Shown in pieces: positions 35,081 through 40,324 of a stretch of 40,324 nt of DNA. The stretch is from assembly GCA_964427125.1 (NCBI GenBank), contig CAYRSM010000003.1, positions 1 to 40,324 of the forward strand. The letters run 5' to 3'. The position numbers and the translations under genes were made by a program. Source of the stretch: an uncultured archaeon. GTDB lineage: Archaea > Aenigmatarchaeota > Aenigmatarchaeia > CG10238-14 > SCSR01. The notes below the pieces were generated by a model, which was given only the letters and a program-made list of their open reading frames with translations, was not told where the DNA came from and did no database searches. Positions within the stretch are counted from its first letter, which is position 1, and every line of letters begins with the position of its first letter.

Positions 35081-35830
35081 ATGTCCGGACTAGAGGTTTT
35101 AGTCTTGGGCGTGGGCAACTCCTACTCAGAGCTGCACTACACGACGAGCTTTGTCGTCTCGGCCGGCAGCAAGCACGTACTCGTGGAATGCCCCGCAGTA
35201 CCGATGAAAGTCCTGATGGAAGCTGGCATAAGGTCTGGCAAGAAAATATCCATAAGCGATATAGACGACATAATCGTGACTCATCTGCACGGCGACCACT
35301 CGGACGGCCTGGAGACTTTCGGGTTCTGGAAGTATTTCGAGGGGAAGAAAAAGCCGAACATATGCTCCTCAAGGGAGGTCTTCTCGGAGTTGTGGGAGCG
35401 GAAGCTGAAGTGCGCGATGGGGGTCTTGAAGCTGCCGGGCAAGGTCGGCTTGAGCAAGATGAGGTTCGATGACTATTTTACAAAGACTGTCCTGGAGGAG
35501 GGCAGAGTTAGCAATGCCGGCGGCATGTCGGTCGAGACAAAGCGCACGAAGCACATCATCCCGTCGTTTGCCCTGAGGATAAGTTACGGTGGAAAGTCAA
35601 TCGGCTACAGCTCGGACACGCCGTTCGACCCAGGCGTGATTGATTTCCTGAAAGGATGCGATGTCATCTTCCATGAGAGCGGCTACGGCATACACGCCGG
35701 TTATGGAGATCTGGCGAAACTGCCCGAAAAAATCAGGAGCAAAATGTTTCTGATACACTACCCCGACGAATATGCGGGCAAGAAATTGGGCATAAAGCTG
35801 CTTGAAGAGGGGAAAGTCATCTCATTGTGA
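35081..35830 (+). CDS. MBL-fold metallo-hydrolase
   Basis: 'IIVTHLHGDHSDG' (HxHxDH), and later 'FHESGY' and 'LIHY' His ligand contexts. Confidence 0.78.
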   Translation: MSGLEVLVLGVGNSYSELHYTTSFVVSAGSKHVLVECPAVPMKVLMEAGIRSGKKISISDIDDIIVTHLHGDHSDGLETFGFWKYFEGKKKPNICSSREVFSELWERKLKCAMGVLKLPGKVGLSKMRFDDYFTKTVLEEGRVSNAGGMSVETKRTKHIIPSFALRISYGGKSIGYSSDTPFDPGVIDFLKGCDVIFHESGYGIHAGYGDLAKLPEKIRSKMFLIHYPDEYAGKKLGIKLLEEGKVISL

Positions 35831-35836
35831 TTTTCC

Positions 35837-36703
35837 CTAGAGGTATGACACCGCTACTATCCCCGCTATGATGAGCAGTATCGCCGCCCACTGCAACATC
35901 GTGAGCTTTTCCTTGTAGGCGAACCTGCCGTAGAGGCTCGCCACAAACGGGTTCGAGAAGGTGAGCGCGGCCACCAGGCTGACGTCCGACGTCGCTATCC
36001 CCATGTTGTAGAACAGCGTCCCCGCCGCGCCGAAAAGGGCCACCAGGAAGATGTACTTTACGATGCCGTGGTCGGGAAGAGCGAAGGTCTTTTTGGTGAG
36101 CCTGAGCTCGATGCCGTTGTAGACGGTTATCCCGAACTCTATTATGAACGATGTGAGTATGGGGCCCAGCACGCTCACCGGTATCTTGAAAAGGAAGAAG
36201 ACCATACCCCACAGCACGCACGTGACCAGAGCGAACGGGATGCCGCTTGACATTTTGAACAGCTGGGATTTTCTGATGTCCCTTGGATTCACGGATATCA
36301 GGACTATCCCTGCGAGTATCATCGCTATGGCAATCAGGCGCCCGGCGGTCAGCGCCTCGCCGAAGAAAATGACGGACAGCAGTATGGTGAAAATCACCGA
36401 CGAGTTCGCTATAGGCGCCACTATCCCCACCTTCCCCTTTTCCAGCGCCTTGTAGAAAGTTATCAGCGGCAGATATCCGATGAAGGAAACGGCAAAAGCT
36501 ACGGGTATGTACGCGAATGAAAAGTTTGTCGTCGGAAGGTAAAACAGGAGCACTGGGAGAAGTATTGCACTGATGAACACGCCCCTGAAAAATATGGTGC
36601 GCTTGGGACCTATCTTTTTGGCCGGTATCTGCGAGAACGCATTGCTCAGGCCGTACCCCAGCATCGCCAGCAGCCCGAAGACTATCCCCAGCGAGGCGTC
36701 CAT
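35837..36703 (-). CDS. EamA/DMT-superfamily transporter (10 TM)
   Basis: 288 aa, uniformly hydrophobic, with two similar halves, as expected for a duplicated EamA domain. Confidence 0.75.
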   Translation of the reverse strand: MDASLGIVFGLLAMLGYGLSNAFSQIPAKKIGPKRTIFFRGVFISAILLPVLLFYLPTTNFSFAYIPVAFAVSFIGYLPLITFYKALEKGKVGIVAPIANSSVIFTILLSVIFFGEALTAGRLIAIAMILAGIVLISVNPRDIRKSQLFKMSSGIPFALVTCVLWGMVFFLFKIPVSVLGPILTSFIIEFGITVYNGIELRLTKKTFALPDHGIVKYIFLVALFGAAGTLFYNMGIATSDVSLVAALTFSNPFVASLYGRFAYKEKLTMLQWAAILLIIAGIVAVSYL

Positions 36704-36754
36704 AGTAATCTAATCCAGCCTGCGTTTAAATAACTTGCCACCTTACTTTTAATC

Positions 36755-37552
36755 ATGACGCTGATTTTGGATTTCGACGGCGTGATGTCGTCAATAATGT
36801 ATTCGGGCCATGTCTACAAGGAGGCGTTGATCTACAACCTGAGCCTGAAGACAGGCATGTCGGTCGACTGGATCGTGAAGGAGTTCAAACGCGCCAGGAG
36901 CAAGGTCCTCCAAAAGCCTTGGGAGTACGGCTGGCTGGAGGGCGGCTACAGGGTCACTCTGGGGGACGAGGACCCGTACGTGCTGAACAGCTCTGCTGCG
37001 GAGGAGCTGTACAGGAGCAACCCCGATTACAGGTTCTGCGGCTTCGATGAGTACAACCGGTTCCTGGACGACGTGTTCCACGACTCCGCCACAAAGGTGG
37101 GCTCGAGGATAGACAGCGGGACTGCGGATGCTGTCAAAAAAATATCCGAAAAGACCAGTGTGACCATCGTCTCAAACGGCAGCAGGGAGAGGATATGCAG
37201 CGCTTTGGACGAAGCGGGCTTGAGTCTGGACGTGCACGAGCGCACTAACAAGATGATAGTCAGGCCGGAGTTCGACAGGGTGGATCGTCATCTGCAAGTA
37301 GATTCTCTGAGAAAGATAGAGCTCAGAAGACCGCACTACTACGAAGCCCTGCAAAAGCTGAAAGGCGAAGGGAGCTTTTCGGACATGACGGTCGTCGGCG
37401 ACGTGCTGAGCCTGGACCTTGCCCTCCCGTATCATCTTGGGATGAACATCGTGCTCAAGGAAAACCCTTACACCCCAGCGTGGAGCAAGAGATTCGTATC
37501 TAGGAGGGGCCATGTGATTGGCAGTCTGAGCCAGTTGCTGGATTTCATCTGA
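36755..37552 (+). CDS. HAD-like hydrolase, tandem paralogue 1
   Basis: 'LILDFDGVMS' (DxDGV), 'IVSNGSRERI' and 'VVGDVLSLDLALP'. It can be aligned along its whole length with the next gene. Confidence 0.65.
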   Translation: MTLILDFDGVMSSIMYSGHVYKEALIYNLSLKTGMSVDWIVKEFKRARSKVLQKPWEYGWLEGGYRVTLGDEDPYVLNSSAAEELYRSNPDYRFCGFDEYNRFLDDVFHDSATKVGSRIDSGTADAVKKISEKTSVTIVSNGSRERICSALDEAGLSLDVHERTNKMIVRPEFDRVDRHLQVDSLRKIELRRPHYYEALQKLKGEGSFSDMTVVGDVLSLDLALPYHLGMNIVLKENPYTPAWSKRFVSRRGHVIGSLSQLLDFI

Positions 37553-37597
37553 AAAGTGACGATATGCATTTAAATCGCTCACTTCTATAGTTACTGA

Positions 37598-38404
37598 ATG
37601 GAAAAGCCAAAATTGATATTGGACTATGACGGCGTGATGTCTCAAATCGTCCAGTCCGGGGAAGCGTACAGGGAGACGCTTGTGCACAGGCTCAGCATGA
37701 AAGCGGGGCTGATGATAGACTCTGTCGTCAGGGAGTTCAACCGCACCATGGAAAAAATCATGAGAAAGCCCTGGAAGTACGGCTGCCTGGTCAACGGGCA
37801 GTGCACCGCGTTCGGCGACGAGGACCCGTACATGATGTGCGTCTCAGCTGCAGAGGCGCTGTACAACAAGAACCCCGATTACAGGTTCTGCGACAACGAG
37901 GCATACCAGCGGTTCCTGGAGGGTCTGGCCCACGAATCCGCCGCCAGCGCATGCCCGGGTGTAGACGGCGGGGTAAAGGAAGCAATTGAAGAGCTGTCAG
38001 GGAGGGCCGACATAAGTGTCGTCTCGGGCGGCAGGCGGGAAAGGATATGCTCGGCGCTTGAAGCGGCGGGGATAGAGCTCAACGTGTGCGGGCGCACGGA
38101 CAAGATGAAGGTGGACACGGGCTTTGACAGGGTGAAGAGATACCTGTGGGTGGACTATGCGAAGAAGATAGAGCTCCGGAGGCCGGACTACTACGAAATA
38201 CTGCAGAGCCTGAGGGGGGATGGCAGTTTCTCCGACATGACCGTCGTGGGCGACGTGCTCAGCCTCGACTTGGCGCTCCCCTGCGCCTTGGGCATGAAAG
38301 TCGTGCTGAAGGAAAACCCTTACACTCCGGGATGGAGCAAGGAGTTCGTTTCACAGAATGGGCACGTCATAGGCAATCTGAGCCAGATGACAGAGCTTAT
38401 ATAG
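37598..38404 (+). CDS. HAD-like hydrolase, tandem paralogue 2
   Basis: 'LILDYDGVMS', 'VVSGGRRERI' and 'VVGDVLSLDLALP'. Shared blocks with paralogue 1 include 'GDEDPY', 'NPDYRFC', 'KIELRRP.YYE', 'GSFSDMTVVGDVLSLDLALP' and 'VLKENPYTP.WSK.FVS..GHVIG.LSQ'. Confidence 0.65.
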   Translation: MEKPKLILDYDGVMSQIVQSGEAYRETLVHRLSMKAGLMIDSVVREFNRTMEKIMRKPWKYGCLVNGQCTAFGDEDPYMMCVSAAEALYNKNPDYRFCDNEAYQRFLEGLAHESAASACPGVDGGVKEAIEELSGRADISVVSGGRRERICSALEAAGIELNVCGRTDKMKVDTGFDRVKRYLWVDYAKKIELRRPDYYEILQSLRGDGSFSDMTVVGDVLSLDLALPCALGMKVVLKENPYTPGWSKEFVSQNGHVIGNLSQMTELI

Positions 38405-38451
38405 TTAAACGTTTTAAACTAATAAAAACAGAATAGATTTAGCTGATAGGT

Positions 38452-38637
38452 ATGTCGAAAGGAACGCCCTCGATGGGAAAGAAGAACAAGGTGTCTCACA
38501 TCCGCTGCAGGAGATGCGGAAGGACAAGCTACAGGATAGACAAGAAGTGGTGCGCGGCCTGCGGCTATGGAAGGTACGCAAAGCTGAGGATTTACAGCTG
38601 GCAGACGCACGACATACAGAGGAACAGAGTCCGGTGA
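38452..38637 (+). CDS. rpl37e: 50S ribosomal protein L37e
   Basis: '[27 protein letters not shown]...KK.CAACGYG' is the canonical zinc-ribbon L37e. Confidence 0.92.
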   Translation: MSKGTPSMGKKNKVSHIRCRRCGRTSYRIDKKWCAACGYGRYAKLRIYSWQTHDIQRNRVR

Positions 38638-39155
38638 TTCTATTAAAGAGCTACGTTGTGCCGGAAAGTCTTAGGGGCAAGTTCAAGGAGACCCACGGGA
38701 AGATTGTCAGGTCCTATTCTGAAATCGACTATGACTACAAGAAACTCATAACCATAGGCGACTTTGTCTCCTACAAGGCGATAACCAGCGGTGTGAACCC
38801 CGACATGCTGGTATATGACGGCAAAACAAAGAGGTCGGAAAAGGATTCTGTTAGGAAGAAGGCCCTGGATGAGTATAAGATGGATTCCACAGTCATCATA
38901 AGGAACGACCCTGGCACCATATCAGAGGAGGCGATGGAATTTTTCAAGAACTACAAGTTCGACATGAGGGTCAAGGTTTTTGTGAAGGGCGAGGAGGACA
39001 TGCTAAGCGTGCTTGCCGTGCTTTACGCGCCGATAGGAAGCATGGTGGTCTACGGCATACCAGACATTGGCATGACCTGCGTGAAGGTGGACGATGACAT
39101 AAAGGAAAAGGCTAGGCTTTTGTTAAACAATTTGGTTTTGGAAGAGGGCCTGTAG
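38634..39155 (+). CDS. DUF359-family protein (archaeal GTP-dependent dephospho-CoA kinase family)
   Basis: '[16 protein letters not shown]', '[30 protein letters not shown]' and '[26 protein letters not shown]' fit my recollection of COG1909/DUF359. The GTG start overlaps the L37e stop (GTGA). The tracked start at 38514 is an in-frame extension across L37e and was rejected. Confidence 0.65.
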   Translation: MILLKSYVVPESLRGKFKETHGKIVRSYSEIDYDYKKLITIGDFVSYKAITSGVNPDMLVYDGKTKRSEKDSVRKKALDEYKMDSTVIIRNDPGTISEEAMEFFKNYKFDMRVKVFVKGEEDMLSVLAVLYAPIGSMVVYGIPDIGMTCVKVDDDIKEKARLLLNNLVLEEGL

Positions 39156-39262
39156 CTCAGCATGGTTAGAGCAGCTCGCTTTTAGCGTTTGCGAAAAAGC
39201 TTGGATTCCAAGATGACAGGAAGAGACGAGACGGTCCTGGGTTCAAATCCCAGCTGGCCCAA
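39147..39262 (+). tRNA. tRNA-Lys (anticodon UUU, 39182-39184) with a 41-nt intron at the canonical 37/38 position (39186-39226)
   Basis: Hand fold. Acceptor is GGGCCTG/CTGGCCC with one U-U mismatch. D-arm is GCTC-AGCATGGTTA-GAGC. Anticodon stem is GCTCG...CGAGA, with loop CTTTTA, then the intron, then A. Variable loop is CGGTC. T-arm is CTGGG-TTCAAAT-CCCAG. Discriminator is A. The 5' end overlaps the last 9 nt of the preceding CDS. Confidence 0.8.
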
Positions 39263-39313
39263 TTTTACCGCCTCTATGCCGACTGATCCAGTCCGGGACA
39301 CAGCCCAAATTTC

Positions 39314-39907
39314 TCAGCCTGCTACAGCCGGGTAATCGTCCTTGCCTTTCTTCTTCCTCGCCTTTCCCCTGAAAAACTTCTCGTACACTCCGTACGCTCC
39401 AAGGATGACTCCGCCGATGCTTCCAGCTATCTGGATTGGCTGCTGGTACTTGTCTATGTAGTCAAGCAGGGTGGCGGTCGAAGGCTCCACGTAGACCTCG
39501 ACATTGTTTGACGCGGTCAGATACTGCTGGGTGAGATTGTTGGAATCGTTGTAGATGCCGAATGCCGGGCCCAGGTTCAGGTAGCCCTTGCTGCTTGCCA
39601 TAGCCGTGTAGACGAAACCGTCCCCGTCAAAGGAAACCAGGTCGCCGAACCACGATGTGTTGCCGTCGATGACAGTCACGCCTTTGGGCGCCCTGTCCCT
39701 CACGTACAAGTTTATTGCGGTGGCCCGGCCAGAGTTGTGGAAGAGCACCTCCACGGTGAACGTCTCGTTAACCCTGACCACGCTCTCCTCTATCTTTTTC
39801 TCGATGACTATGGTGGGTCTTGCCTGCGCCGCCATCAGCACATTGCTAATAATGACAAAAACCATGACAAATGCGATAATCAGGCAGACCTTGCCGAGCT
39901 TTCTCAT
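39314..39907 (-). CDS. Surface or membrane-anchored protein with an N-terminal signal anchor, a CARDB/DUF11-like beta domain, and a C-terminal TM helix plus basic tail
   Basis: 'LGKVCLIIAFVMVFVIISNVLMA', 'VRVNETFTVEVLFHNSGRATAINLYVRDRAP' and the C-terminal 'IAGSIGGVILGAYGVY..FFRGKARKKKGK'. Confidence 0.6.
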   Translation of the reverse strand: MRKLGKVCLIIAFVMVFVIISNVLMAAQARPTIVIEKKIEESVVRVNETFTVEVLFHNSGRATAINLYVRDRAPKGVTVIDGNTSWFGDLVSFDGDGFVYTAMASSKGYLNLGPAFGIYNDSNNLTQQYLTASNNVEVYVEPSTATLLDYIDKYQQPIQIAGSIGGVILGAYGVYEKFFRGKARKKKGKDDYPAVAG

Positions 39908-40116
39908 GAATTGTATTGCGCTTCCGGTTCCGATTAAATAACAGTTTTTCGTCCTTTAGCCCGCGCGGAAGTAACAGGTGAAACCAAGTGCCGCAAATCG
40001 CAGGATGATTTTGGGGCGGGGGCGGTCTATTTTCCAAGGTTTTTTGGCATGGCATATCGAAATATATTTCACATCATATAAATCAATTTAAAAGGTGGGG
40101 TACATATGTACCTTCA

Positions 40117-40324
40117 TGGACACGACCGAGGGCCTCCTGCTCATATACGACATCCCGACCGGCGAGGCCTACTTCAAGAAGCGGATAAACAAGATGCTGA
40201 ACGCGATGGGGGCGGAGATGGTGCAGAGGTCGGCGTGGAAGTCGGACGACCTGAACGGCCTGACGAGGATAGCGACGCTGATCAAGAACGTGGGCGGCAG
40301 GGCGAGGATAATGGAGGAGAGGCT
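40117..40324 (+). CDS. Partial (3'-truncated by the window end) small protein with a Cas2-like / PaaX-C-like sequence pattern
   Basis: 'MDTTEGLLLIYDIPTGEAYFKKRINKMLNAMGAEMVQRSAWKSDD...'. The pattern 'h-h-YDI......R..h.K.L...G....Q.S.W' resembles the Cas2 ferredoxin-like fold family. It is absent from the ORF track because it has no stop codon. An overlapping frame from 40106 gives low-complexity Arg/Gly/Asp sequence and was rejected. Confidence 0.35.

Noticed and set aside
38514-38633. Upstream in-frame extension of the DUF359 ORF overlapping rpl37e
   Set aside because: It overlaps a highly conserved ribosomal protein gene in another frame. The GTG at 38634 forms a typical GTGA stop/start overlap and yields a family-typical length.
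1-40324. CRISPR arrays, rRNA genes, IS elements with terminal inverted repeats, inteins in LeuRS or other large genes
   Set aside because: I looked for regularly spaced direct repeats, rRNA-like conserved stretches, transposase motifs (DDE, HUH) and oversized housekeeping genes. None were seen, and LeuRS at 906 aa is a normal length.
40106-40324. Alternative reading frame starting at the ATG at 40106 ('MYLHGHDRGPPAHIRHPDRRG...')
   Set aside because: It is a low-complexity Arg/Gly/Asp-rich translation typical of an off-frame in GC-rich coding DNA. The frame from 40117 gives a balanced, foldable sequence.

Overview
This is an archaeal chromosomal fragment. The archaeal call rests on recalled family motifs for proteasome alpha, ribosomal proteins L18e/L13/S9/S8e/L37e, RNA polymerase subunit N, an Sm-like protein, LeuRS, a four-subunit 2-oxoacid:ferredoxin oxidoreductase and a DUF359-type dephospho-CoA kinase; no database search was possible. 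GC-richer housekeeping blocks are interrupted by visibly AT-richer accessory segments at about 240-1560, 11270-14640, 15893-16500, 17140-18900 and 27300-29230. I support about 50 CDS, two intron-containing tRNA genes, one decayed gene remnant and several repeats. There is no CRISPR array, rRNA gene or classical IS element. The best candidate for an undescribed system is at 10.6-14.6 kb. A large secreted HExxH metalloprotease-like protein ends in a ~88-aa module. That module recurs downstream as two free-standing small genes and one decayed copy, and each copy is tightly coupled to a different small membrane or secreted protein. This layout resembles the orphan-cassette arrays of polymorphic toxin loci. 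Other points of interest: three free-standing LAGLIDADG endonuclease-like genes, one splitting the conserved rps9-rpoN cluster and two sharing a conserved 5' leader; a tRNA-Arg(UCU) with a 13-nt insertion at a non-canonical position, plus a 10-nt duplication of its 5' end inside the preceding LAGLIDADG gene; a tightly packed ITPase / radical-SAM / APH-like kinase / P-loop kinase gene set; a PD-(D/E)xK nuclease-like gene beside the tRNA; and extreme poly-G and poly-C tracts that may be artefacts.
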